The notes under the pieces: model-generated | Told to the model about the DNA's origin: nothing | The model's database searches: none | Seen by the model: the letters and a program-made list of their open reading frames with translations, nothing else | Translations under genes and position numbers: made by a program | Part shown: one piece after another, positions 1-11,843 of the stretch | Layout: every line of letters starts with the position of its first letter | Numbering within the stretch: position 1 is the stretch's first letter | Origin: Ramazzottius varieornatus | Lineage: Eukaryota; Animalia; Tardigrada | DNA: 64,000 nucleotides | Direction of reading: 5' to 3' | NCBI GenBank assembly: GCA_001949185.1 | Contig: BDGG01000004.1 | Coordinates: 521,620 to 585,619 of the forward strand

Positions 1-2
1 TG

Positions 3-3000
3 AAAAATGTGGCCGAACTTTGCACTTTGCAAACGCTAGTCGAAGACTTGAAAAACAAAGAGCAAAGGCTGATTGAAGAGCTAGAAAAATACCAATGCAT
101 GGATCTGAATCGGAAAAATACAGCCGAGGTGCTTGCCGAAAGCGATCTAGAGACAAAGGCGAAGGTAGAACTGCTGGAAAGCGAGCTGGCCTCCACGCTG
201 GAAAAATGTCTGGGCTTCCAGAAGGACTTGACAGATGGACGAGAGGAACTAGCGGCCAAGCAGGACGAGATAAAGAAACTGAAAGACCTCGTAGAAATCC
301 AGATGACGGAAGCCCAAGCCGATAAGCAAAGATTCGAGGAAGAACTGAAAGACAAGGAGAGAACGAAAAACTCTTCGGATATGGAAAAGCTGGAAGCTGA
401 GAATAAAGTTCTTCTGGAAAAAGTCGAGAAGATGGAAGATGAGCTGGAAAGCGTCACAGGAATTAGGGACAGTTTGGAAAAGGAACATAAAAAACTTGAA
501 GCCAAGCTAGAAGCTCTCTGTAAGGGGAGAGAGGAGCTGGGAAAGAAACTGGAAGAAAGCGAACGTTTGTCGGTCCAGAGCCAAATCAGTATCGTCACTC
601 ACCAGAAACTATTGCAGAATGAAGTGGACTCGTTACGGGAAGTAATCAGACTTCAGAATGATGACTTAGTCAAGAAGAGTGAAGAATTACAGAAAGAAAA
701 AGTCCAACTGCAAGAAATATTGAGGGTAAACGACATTTACTACATGCTTTCGATCGTCTGGAAGGGTTTATTTTCTTGTTCCGTAGCTCATGGAGCAAGG
801 AAGACGGGAACTAGTGTCCAAGAGCGTACTGATGGTGGGCAACGTAACTTCATTGCAGAAGACGTTCAGTGGGGAACTGCAGACTCTAAAACGGTCTTTC
901 GGGTCAGTGCACAGAGTGAAAGAGAACATTTCTCTCGAAATGACCACCATTGCGAAGAAACGAAAAGCAGATCTCCTTGAGAACCATACGAGGGTAGAGT
1001 ACGTGTCCGCTGATTTGGAGAAAGCCAGGAAGGAGCACAAGGAAGTTGTGGATGAGATGCGTTCCATCCGGCAGGAACTGAACGTCGTGCGCCACAGGGA
1101 AAAGAAAAATGAGGCACAGATCAAAGTAGTCGAGGAAGAAAAAGCAAAGATCGAAACAGTAATTGGTGTTCTTGTTGACAGGCACCATTAATGTGAAGGA
1201 ACAGTGTTTGGTTTTTAGCAATGCGAAGCTGAACTGAATCACTACAAGGATCTTCTCCAAACGGTGCAGTCGTCGAGTCGAATGCTATCTGACGAACTGA
1301 ATTCGTTGGTAGCCGAGAAGGCAGAACAAGCAAAAGTGTACAAGAAGCTAGCCCGGCTAGAAGTTGAAACGGCGGAACTCCAGAGACAGAAGAGCAGGTT
1401 GTCTTCGGACCTGGACAAAATGTCGGAAGAAGCCTACAAAAAGCAAGAAGCGTTAAGGAACCAACTCGCCGCAGCAAAAAGCCAGTTGCAACAGGCGACC
1501 ACGGACCACGCCATCGTCCTGTCGGTAAGTTATTAGGCACCTTGCGCGCCAGCGAGAAGATTATTACGAACGGTGAAATTCACGACGATGGAATTTGGCT
1601 TTCATCCTCGACGTGAAATTTGATTTGGAGCGCTGCAAGTAAATGACCACGAACTATGCACGGGCCAGCATCGTAGTGAAATTTCAAAGTGACGAAGGAA
1701 GGAGACCTTCGTCGTGATTTTGCCACCGTCACGAAGCTCACCTGGCGTAATTTACTTAACGATCAAGGCTGACTCATCGCTCAACGTAAAGTTTGAATGC
1801 TCGTAGTGAAATTTTGGCTGGCACGCAAGGTCCCTATTGTCACAACTTTGAGGCCTGAGGAAATACGAGCTTCGCAGCAGAACCCCGTTCTTTCGATTCG
1901 AGCAACTTCTTCCATTTATTCTGGCCCTCGCAGTGCGAAATTCGCATTCGCGAAGATTCCGCCGACGAAGTGCAGGAAAGGACATTAGAAAGGGCGGCAA
2001 GCGACGCCTTTTTATTCCCTTACGAGTGAAGATTTCTGTTCTGGTGAACACAATAAAACCATTGATCAATCGCGCCCACCGTGGCGCCAGCAACCAATCA
2101 AATTCGCCTATCTGGGGCATGGAACCTTTCGAGCCCCGCAACAGCTGTTTTCCGTTTCCGCTTCCGGCTGTTTTTGGGAAAAAAATTACTCAACCATGAA
2201 TATCCTTCTGCTTGGCTGACTGTAATCTCGATTCTTTGCAGGAGATGGAAGCAGCACAGCAAGACCTACTAGATCGGCTGGAAGAGTCTAGCAAGCAAAC
2301 GCTGGGACATGAGAAGGTATGTGGCTATTCTGGCCTGAGATTATCCAGACTGACGAAAATGTCGTTCCCTTACGGTACTCCTGTAGAAGATGGCAACTTT
2401 ACAGCAAGACCTACTGCTGCAACTAGAAGCATCGAACAAGCAGATCCTCGAGTATCAGAAGGTAAAGTGTTCGCAGTTCAGGTCAAACAGTTGAACCGAA
2501 AGTCGATCAATCTTTTTTGTTGACTGAACATTGCGATTTTCTCTAGAAAGTGAAAGAGTTGGAGGAAACAGCGGAAGCTCAGGACAAAGAATTCGCAGCT
2601 CTGGCAGAGAAATACGCAGCAGTTCATCATGACGAAGTTCACAACAAGCAGGTACGAATAGACGGAAAGTAGTCTTCACTCGTTAATAAGAGTAAAACCA
2701 AAACATTTCGAATGCCTACGTTGGTGTTCCTCCAGAAAGCCGCAAAGTTGGCCGAAGCCAAGTCAGCCGTCGAACACCAACTTCAAACCTTGACAGAGAA
2801 GTTTGCAGAAGTCGAAAAAGAACGCGATAACAGCGAGAAGGTGAGACTGAATTTTTAGACGCGAACTTTTTCCGGGACAAAAGTTTTGCTGGTTTACTTC
2901 GTATTTACACTGCTTCTTCCTAGGAAGCTTCGAGTAAGATCGACGAGCTGAAAAAGCAGATCGCTTCTCTCAACAGAACCAACGAATCGCCGTCGGCTAC

Positions 3001-6000
3001 GACGCAGAACTTCCAGCAGATCATCCAAAAGCTCAACCACACCAACACACTCTCAGCCGAAGAAATCCGCGAGCAGAAAGAAACACTGCAAACTTCCGCC
3101 ACGAAAACCAGACAACTGGAGGAGAGTGTCGCCAGCCTGACCGAAACCACCAAGAAGCTGACGGAAGAAAAAGCAGCTGTAGAAAAGCAGCTGCTGACGC
3201 TCAACGCCAAACTGGAAGAATTGGCGGAAGAAAAAGCCAGCGTCGAAAAGGTAATATAAACACTACTTTCGAAAAGAATTATGTCCTACCTTCACTAAAA
3301 AGAATATAAAGTGAAAGTCCAGCAAACGAAACTTCAAGATCGCTATCTCAAGTGGCGAATGGTTTTAGTTAATGACAATTGAAACGTGCGCCACGTGAGA
3401 TGTCGACGTTATACGCATCGTTTGCCGACCTCCCAATTGCTCACATCATATTCCGAGTTTTTTTCTTCGTTAGGAAGCGACAAAGGAGATAGCTGAGTCT
3501 ACCGTAGAGATCGCTTCGCTGGAAAGCACCATCGAGGCTTTATCCGCATCGACGCATAATTTCCAGAAGGAGATTACCAGTCTCGAAGCCAAGACTTTCT
3601 CCCACCAGAAGACCATTGAAGAACTCCGAGAACAAATGTCACTGGCTTCGGATCAAGAAGCTGCTCTCAAGCGGAAACTAACGGACGCGATGGCGGAGAA
3701 GAAGAAGGCCAAGGAGGAAGTCGAGAAGCTCAATGAGAAGAACGTCCAGTATGAGAAGGAAGCTCACCAGTACAGGGAAGAGGCAGCAAAGTCCGCCAGG
3801 AACATCGAAGACCTGCAGGGAAAGGTCGCGAGTCTGACCAACAATCTGGAAGAGACGATAGCGGCGAAACTCGCTGTTGATGAACAGCTGCAACAGTTGA
3901 ATGAGAAACTGGAGCAGTTGGAGAAAGAAAAGACCAACTCGGAAAATGTAGAAAAATACATTTCTTAAACTTGTGTTTCATATTCTGAGATATCTACCGA
4001 TTTCAGGGGATACTTATTTTCTATTCACAGGAATCCTCGGAGAAAACGGCAGCGTTAACTGCAGAAATTACCTCGCTGAAGAGCGCTATCGAGAGAATGT
4101 CGGCTGAAGCGAAGAAGCTCCAACAACAAATCACGCAGCTGAAAGCGGCAAACTCTTCCCAGCAGAATAGTATGAAAGAGTACAAGGAAAAGTGTTCAAT
4201 GTTGGTCGAGTACGAGGAAGAGCTGAAGAAGAAGGTCGAAGAACTGTCGGCTGAGAAAGCCAGGCTGAAAGTCAAGGTTGAGGAACTCGGCCAGAAGAAC
4301 GCCCAGTATGAGAAGGGCATCCAGCACTACAATGAAGAACTGCAGTCCTCGTTGAAGAAAGTGGAAGAGCTGGAGGAGAATGTTGCCAGTTTGACTGAAG
4401 ACGTCGAGAAGCTAACAGAGGCAAAGGTTGAGCTCGAACAACAGGTGGAAGCTTCGAATGAGAAACTCGCCATGTTGGAAAAAGAAAAAGTCCTACACGA
4501 AAAGGTAAAAGCTTTGTCACCAAATTGCGACTGGACAAGAACGCTTTTTCTAAGTCACAAGCGTTTGCTGCTACAGTGCTGAAAATTCATCCCTTCCGGT
4601 AGTCACGTGGCGTCAGTTATCATTGATTCATCTTATATGACCACGTGACAACCGGAAGGGATTCATTTTCAACAGTGTGGATACACAGAAAGTGTGCGCC
4701 ACTTGGAAAAGCAATCTTGTCGAGTTGGTTTGCCGACCTTTCCACAAACAAAATCGGACTGCAGCAAACTTGTTACACTGGTCGCTCTTGTTTGATAGGA
4801 GGCTTCGAAGAAAGTTACAGGTTTGACTGACGAAGTTACAGCCTTGAAGAAGGGCAACGACACGATGGCAGAGACTGCTCAGGGTCTTCGGGCGGAAGTC
4901 GAACAGCTCAAGAAGGCCAACGCGGAGCAAGAGACGAGTATCCACGACTTGAAGGAAAAGATTTTCGTGCTGTCGAAGCAAGAGAAGGAGCTGAAGAAGA
5001 ACGTGGCGGATTTGTCAGAGGAGAAGAATAATCTAGGAGAAAAGATCGAGGAAGTTAAGCAGAAGAACGCTCAGTACGAGAAAGGTATCCAGCACTACAA
5101 CGACGAACTACACATCTCGCTGAACAAGATGAAACAACTCGAGGAAAGTTCTGGGAGCCTCACCGAAACGATCAAAAAGACAGCAGAAGAAAAACTGGCC
5201 CTTGAAGAACAGCTGAAAAATCTTCAGACGGAATACGAGAAGCTCGAGAAAGAAAACGCCAAGGCTGAAACGGTAAATCTTTGGCAGAAAGTAGAAAGTG
5301 AGAATTGTTTTCTGGAGGTGTCGGCGGAAAATTTGGCAAGGTCGTTTTTCCAAGTGGCGCACACTTTCGGCTGTTAACACGGAGTGCGCCACTTGGACAA
5401 ACTCGACAGTCATTTTCCAGGTGGCGCACTTTTCCAGCCTATAGCACCATAAATGTGCGCCACTTGGGAAACAACTTTGTCCATGTTGTCTGCTGAGCTC
5501 TCAGTGAACTTCTGTATCTTTGCCCGCAGGAAGCTTTGGAACGTATCACAAAACTGGCTTCAGAAACAGCTTCGTTGAAGAATGCGAAAGACGCGATTTC
5601 GTTGGAAATGGAGAGTCTTCAACAAGAACTGAAGGACCTCAAGACTGTGAGTTCTCTCCAGGGAAAGACCATCGAAGAACTCAGCGAGCAGATTTCACAG
5701 TGGTCGAAAGAAAAAAAAGACACCGAGAAGAAAGTGACAGGTGAGAAGACTGAGCTGGAGAAGATTATCGAAGACCTGACTCAGAAGAATGTCCAGCACG
5801 AGAAGAGTGTCTCTCAGTACAACGAGCAACTGTTGACTGCGTTGAAGCAGCTGAAAGATCTGGAACACAAGATAGTGAGTATGAATGAAGAAAGTGAGAA
5901 GTTGAAGGCGAGTCTGAAGAGCAAGACTGAGGAACAGAAGGAAGCGGTGGAGAGGATCGACGATCTGACGCATCGGTTGGAGTCCAGCGAGCATCTGAAG

Positions 6001-8357
6001 GAAGAGTCAACCCGGAAGTTGGCGCATGTCATGGTCCAGAGCAACAAAACTCGGGATGAGCTGGCGGCTGTCACTTCCGAACTGACCACTCTGAAGGTAA
6101 GAAGCAAATTTTCTCTATTCGGAATTGAACATTTCACGTGATTATGTTGACGAAACTTCAAAAGGCGTTTGGGTGACATCATATTACGATCTTCCAAGCA
6201 CATGCTTACACTCCTTGGTACACTTGTAGGTGGGTGGTCATATGTGGGTGCTTGCAAGAGGGGCGTTTTCCCAGGCGATCCGCCCAGATAGAGTATTCTT
6301 GAAATACGATACGAATTGACGGGTTTTTATCGTTGTAGGTTACGGTAGAGAAGCAAATGGACGTTTCCGACGAACTTTCGAAGCTCAAGGAGGAAGTGCG
6401 GATCGGGAAGGAAGAGTGTGAGGGCTTGCTGGAAGAACGCGACTTGATCAAAGGGCAGCTGGGACGCATCACAGACCAACTCATCGAAGCTGAAACGGCC
6501 AAGACAGAGTACGATAACCAGAAAGAGGACTGGACGAAGCAGAAGGCCGAACTGGAAGAACAACTGGAAGCCGCGAGGAAGAGCCTGGAGAAGATTACCG
6601 CTGTAAGTATGGTCCAAAGTATGGTCCACGACGACAGAAACTGGGGTCGGTCCAAGTTAATAGAACCGTGAAAACACCATGGTTTCTATGTGAAGTTAAT
6701 GAGTGGCGTTTTATGGCTGGTTTCTTTCAGGATATGCAAGACTCGAAGAAGGTGGATAGTTCGCAACTCACAGCAGCTCTAGCTCAAGTACAGCTTCTTA
6801 CCGCCGAGCTGTCGGTAAGCCACAGTAAAATCTTGTCGCTCGAAGCCGAACTGTCGTCCTCTCAGACTCGAGCTGACTTCGTGGTCAGGGAGAACGAAGC
6901 GCTGAACGTCGAGATGGGCAAGCTGATCGACCGCTTGACAGAACTTCACCAAGCCAAAACCTCGCTGGAACACCGCATCGTCGGCTTGACCGACGAAGAC
7001 ACGCGGAAGTCCAGCCAGATCAGCGAACTCACCCTTAAAATAAACCAAACGCACACCACAGAAAACACGCAAAAATCATACCACGTTCAGGAAAATGAGA
7101 CACACGAAGAAAACCATGACAAAGTAAATGACAAGGAAGAGTATTTGGAAGTGAGGCTGAAACAAATGACGTCGAAACAGGCAGAGTTGATTGCGCAGTT
7201 GACACATTTGAAGAAGGAAAACGTTCAATGTATGGAAAGTAAGACGGTTCTGAAAGAACGGGACTTGCTGAAAGAAAAGACTGCCTTACTCGAGCAGAAG
7301 TTAGGCAACTATGGTCAGCTGAAGAAGGAACGTGATGAGCTGAAGAAGAATATTGTGGAACTGGAGAGGAAGTTCAGCGAGATTTCGGAGCTAAACACCG
7401 ACTTGAGGTTGCGGCTGGCCAAGTTGAGCGCGAAGCTGCAGGATGGTCTGATGGAGGCTGATATGAGCGGTGTGGGAATAGATGGTAGGAGAGAGAACGA
7501 GGAGAAAGCGAAGAAGGTGGTGGAGAAATACAGGAAGAAGGTGAAGGAGGAACGAGTCAAAGTGGGCGAACTGGAAAGCCAGTTGGTCGCGCTGAAGAAC
7601 TCGCTGACCTATGCCTCGGAATGCAACCGGCAGTGGCAGGAAGCTTTCGCCGTTCTGAACCGCACCTACGAGGTAAATCAAAAATCAAATTATCAAACTA
7701 GATAAAACGAAAAGACTATAAAAAGGAAAATATAATGGAAAATAGGACTTGGGCACAACGAACTCGACAAGATCGTTTTCCAACTGGCGCACGCTTCCAG
7801 CTCGTAACATGGAAACCTGCGCCGCTGGGTAAACAATCTGGTCGAGATTGTTTGCCGAGCATCCAAATGTTAGTGGTACTTACTCTGGATGAAGGAGACA
7901 TTTTGCTAATGTGTTTCGTTGGTTTAGTCCAGGGAGCTAGACTCGTTCAGTTCTCCGCACTCGGCAGCCGAACCGCCCCCTCGGAAGTCTTCCACAACGG
8001 AGTTTGGGTTGAAGAGCGGCAAGTCGATGGAATTCGAGCCTGTCATAATTCGAGAAGAACCCTCGTCGGCGGATCGGAAAATTGTAAGTGTGATTGAACG
8101 ACACATTTTGTGAGGCGTTATGTAGAAGATGTGTTAACTCCTTTTAGTTCTCCGCGATGGTGGAGGCGAAAGAGATGCCGTTGGCCAAACACCACCGCGA
8201 TCGAAGTTCGAAGAAGGAAGTAATGGTGGTTCGGAAAGTGTCACGTGTGGTCAATGAGAGACCGTGGTCGTCGTCGTTCGTGACAGAGCCGATGTATCGT
8301 CGTGAAGTGAAGGAGAAAGTTTCCCGGGCCCGGAAGTACAAGGCAGCGGCCGTGTGA
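3..8357 (+). CDS. Giant E/K/L/Q-rich coiled-coil protein, 5' end outside window; 16 exons: <3-725, 787-1158, 1219-1524, 2242-2316, 2387-2461, 2547-2651, 2736-2840, 2924-3250, 3474-3947, 4031-4504, 4799-5272, 5530-6096, 6339-6602, 6731-7672, 7928-8083, 8148-8357
   Basis: Successive heptad-like ORFs join in frame at GT..AG boundaries (all phase 0); internal repeats such as KNAQYEKGIQHYNEEL; ends in a basic Ser/Pro-containing non-coiled tail. Orthologue not recognised (golgin/centrosomal/filament-like). Confidence 0.8.
1559..1753. repeat. Imperfect foldback element in intron (TCACGACGA / TCGTCGTGA motifs)
   Basis: attacgaacggtgaaattcacgacga near 1563 mirrors tcgtcgtgatttt...tcacctggcgtaat near 1710-1751. 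Confidence 0.45.
3322..3428. repeat. Intronic palindrome family copy 1
   Basis: tctcaagtggcga...gtgcgccacgtgaga...gtttgccgacc in intron 3251-3473. Confidence 0.7.
4530..4738. repeat. Intronic palindrome family copy 2, interrupted by a nested ~105 bp MITE (4574-4676)
   Basis: Right arm gtgcgccacttggaaaagcaatcttgtcgag; nested inverted repeat cagtgctgaaaattcatcccttccggtagtcacgtgg / ccacgtgacaaccggaagggattcattttcaacagtg. Confidence 0.65.
5320..5497. repeat. Intronic palindrome family copy 3 (compound, two hairpins)
   Basis: Two successive gtggcgcac...gtgcgccacttgg pairs in intron 5273-5529. Confidence 0.8.
7752..7859. repeat. Intronic palindrome family copy 4
   Basis: aactcgacaagatcgttttccaactggcgcac...tgcgccgctgggtaaacaatctggtcgag...tttgccgagc in intron 7673-7927. 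Confidence 0.75.
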
Positions 8358-10748
8358 AGCATGCTGCAGTGGACTGCGTCAAGCATGCGTTAGATTTAAT
8401 AAGTTGAAATGACTTCGGATTTCTTTAATCAACGTTCATCTAATGGCGATCTCTTCTTGTTGTAAATAACCTTTTTTACTACAGAATCTTCTTTGTTGTT
8501 CTCCTGGTTTAAATTTTTTGATTAATTTCGCTTTGGCTGTTTCTCGGTTGAGAAATTCTAAGTCATCGTCGCGGCCCGTCGTTACGCTATCGTCTAGAGA
8601 TATTATTTGTTTGTTGCGTACCTTGTTACTTACAGTACCCAGCTGTACCGGACGGATCGGTGGTAAATTGTAAAAAAGACCTGATGACTGCTGATCTCCG
8701 ATGGTCTTGAAATTCCGGGTTACGCTGGCTCTACGCCATGCAACAGAGATTGGTCTACCTCTGGAAACAATAAGCACGTGATTACAGCCCGTTCGGGCCA
8801 CATCGCTACCACCTTCTGAAAATCATAGCTCTCTCCATCGATACGTTTTCGTGTCGAAAACAGCATACGTAGATATCAAAAACAATGGCTTATCAGAGTC
8901 AAGAACAGAATTTGCCGAATTGTACGAGACACAACAGTATGACTTATTTTTGTTACATCGGAGCACCGTCGAAAAAGACAACAACTTTCGCAGATTTTTA
9001 GGCAGTTTTCAAAAATCGTTTCTTGATGTTGTCTGCTTGTTTTGTGCTGTTAACAGTCAAAACACATAGAAGAATGACCAGGCCACGTGCGCCATGCTTA
9101 AAAGCAGAAATGTACCGGCGGCCGAATCAAAACTTAGAATTTTTGACGTGGAAGGGTGGTTGCCGGCAAAACGGCCAAATTCCAGTTCCAAATTCATTTT
9201 ATAAATCCGCTCGACTTTCTTGTCGTTATTTTATATGATGAACCAAATAGTTTTAGGTTGGAGGTTGCTGCTTTATAACGGGGTATATGAGATAATTGTT
9301 TCTCCTTGGCACGACGTCTTCCCAACCGGAAGAGTTCTTCGTACATGACGCCAAGGCTGGTTCTTCGTACATGAAACATGTCCAGCTCTTACTCTGTGTA
9401 GAATGACGGCGTAGGCCGCCATTCTACGGTCGAGAGCCAAAGAAGAGACGTCCGGTGAACGTCGTGGCATACGCGCCGGAAGTCGCTTCTACGTATGTGA
9501 ACAGCAATCTGCAAACACGGATAACAGACCGTTTATTTCGAATATTGAGGATCAACTGTCTTGACTTCTTGGGTATTTTGGTAAAGTATAGCTTTTGCAT
9601 TCGAGTATTTCAGAAGGCTCAAGGTTGAACAGTCTTGATACCAGGATCGGGTCATACGCGAGCCGATTGGAGTGAGTGTACCTACGTGCTTGCAGCGACG
9701 GTCCCGGAACAGATCCATAATGCCTATGCGTGCTTGGTGCCGTACTGATCGATGAGAAAACCGGCGGAAACGGCGGCGAACGCACGAGCTCAAGCCCATG
9801 CGTCAATTGACGCAACAATACTGAACTGGAATAAGCTGAAGTTGAGGCAGACATCCGTCCCGCTGGCACATGCTTCTCCGATACCTGTCAGTCTTTACAC
9901 CTGGGTGGCAGGTTGGAGATTGAAAAAGACGCAAAGAGGACAATGATACAGCAACAAACCAGCACGCCCCAATGACCCTATCGAGTATCCATCGTTTGCT
10001 GTCATTGGGTTCCATTATTCACCAGACCGGATAAGGAAGTATTCTGTATGGTAAAACCCCTTTGGCAGAGCGTTGTCAGCCAAAGCTTTCCAGTGAGCTG
10101 ACCCAGCTGCAAATAGGGAGACTAGCCGTATTACACCAAATGTTTCGTTGGCAGGAAGCTCCCATCACCAGGTATGGCTTGAAGCTTAAGAGAAAATTGC
10201 CTGAGGGATCTGCAGCGGTATTTCGCTGCTACTAGCAATCGATTATCGCTGATCCACATCACGGCAGCAGTTTGTTAGTTCATCAACCAAATCCTTTTCA
10301 TAGTCGTCACACAGCGCCATCGCCGGCCGGGAAGTGGTTGGCTTCATGTATTCCGATCTTACCTTGGTCTGAACAATTGAACAACGTAGAGGATGACAAC
10401 GTGGTACTACTGTAGTATCCACTGCACCATTGTGCGGACAATGCGGAAGTATACGTCAACTGGTTTCTTTTTTTGGCTTGTCAGTTGCTTATGCCCCCAG
10501 AAAAAAACATGACAAATCAACGTGCACGGAAAGGTCGTCCTAACACAAAAAGCAGCGGAAGCTGACATCTGCACGGCAGATCAGAGAATAAATTCTTGCT
10601 AACAAATCGCATTAAAGGTCACGGCAGGGCTCATGTCAAACCAGGCGGAACGTCAGCTGTGGCGACCAGAAACTTCGCCATACCAATTTCACAACAGCAA
10701 CGGTAAAGTGGGTTCGGACGGCGCGTCCATGATCGAGTTGCCAACATC

Positions 10749-11748
10749 ATGAACGTCTCGAATTTCAGCTCTTCCCCAAAGTCACTTGTAAGCCATCCTG
10801 ATCAACTCAGCTGGGCAATTTATGATATCTTTGACCTGGTCGCAAAATGCTCGGCTTTCTTTTTGAAGTTCCTCCTCATCCTAATTTTTGTCATTCACAA
10901 GCCAGCTCGCACCTCGTTCAACGTCTACGCAGCCTGGCCAACCTCGGTTTCCTTCTTCTTTTCTGTCCAGCCAGCAAGGCCAACGACTTCGCGCACCATG
11001 ATTACCCAACGACAAGCTTTTGCTTCTTCGTCCGTTACACTAACCATATTTTCGGTGGGACCATCAACAACTCGCATCTCCTCATCGCCGTCAACCGTTT
11101 CTGGGCAGTTGCCTATCGCAACCACCACCGGTTCAACAGCTTGAAAAGACCGGCATTGGCCTGCTTGGCTATGTGGATCTACGTCCACATCTGGCTCCTT
11201 CCTGGTCCCATTATCGACTCCACCACTGAACGAACCAACGCCGAACAATTCCACTGCCGCTCAACAGCGCAAAGCCCGCGCTTATGGCTCGTCATCAGCT
11301 TGATTGTGGTCTACGATATCCCACTCCTCCTGACCTTCCTCGCCTATCCCTTCATCCTGTATAACGCCCTTAACCGAACGCGAGTTCGGCAGGTTCCGAA
11401 CCCGAATGTCCAAACCCAGTTGGTTGTGGTGGGCGGTGCTGCGGGCCAGCTGGCGGACAGTTTCTCACGGTTTCCTTGTTGACGGTCAACATTGCCCTGA
11501 CGTTGTTCCCGATCGAGACCTTCTACTTCCTGCTGCGAAACTTTGGTATCAATCCACCCGCCATGTATTCCATCGCCAGCATCCTGTGGTCGCTGGCCTG
11601 CGTGTTCGACCCATTGTTGTTCCTGCTTACGGTAAAGCCATCACGAGACGGTCTGACGTTACTACGGAAAAAAAGTATTCTAAAGAGATTCCTTCCCCTC
11701 TCAATATACATCATCCCACTGTCTTTGACGTTAACGAGGAATCTTTAA
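10749..11748 (+). pseudogene. Intronless rhodopsin-like orphan GPCR with two frameshifts; paralogue of 55681-56826
   Basis: TM1-2 in ORF 10749, TM3-5 (SHLLIAVNRFWAV, YDIPLLL) in ORF 10847, TM6-7 (VFDPLLF) in ORF 11476; no splice sites seen that reconcile the frames. Confidence 0.7.
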
Positions 11749-11843
11749 AAACAGAAGAACCGAAAATCCTTTCCAAAATTTTTCCATCACAAAAATACTG
11801 CACAAACGTTTTCGAATGCGTCATGCGTGGTTTGAGTATTTTA

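Noticed and set aside
249-7681. Numerous antisense Phe/Leu/Ser-rich ORFs
   Set aside because: Shadows of the E/K-rich coding strand.
8400-10700. Short ORFs that could be a decayed gene or TE
   Set aside because: Stop-riddled with no recognisable motif; no call can be supported without a search.
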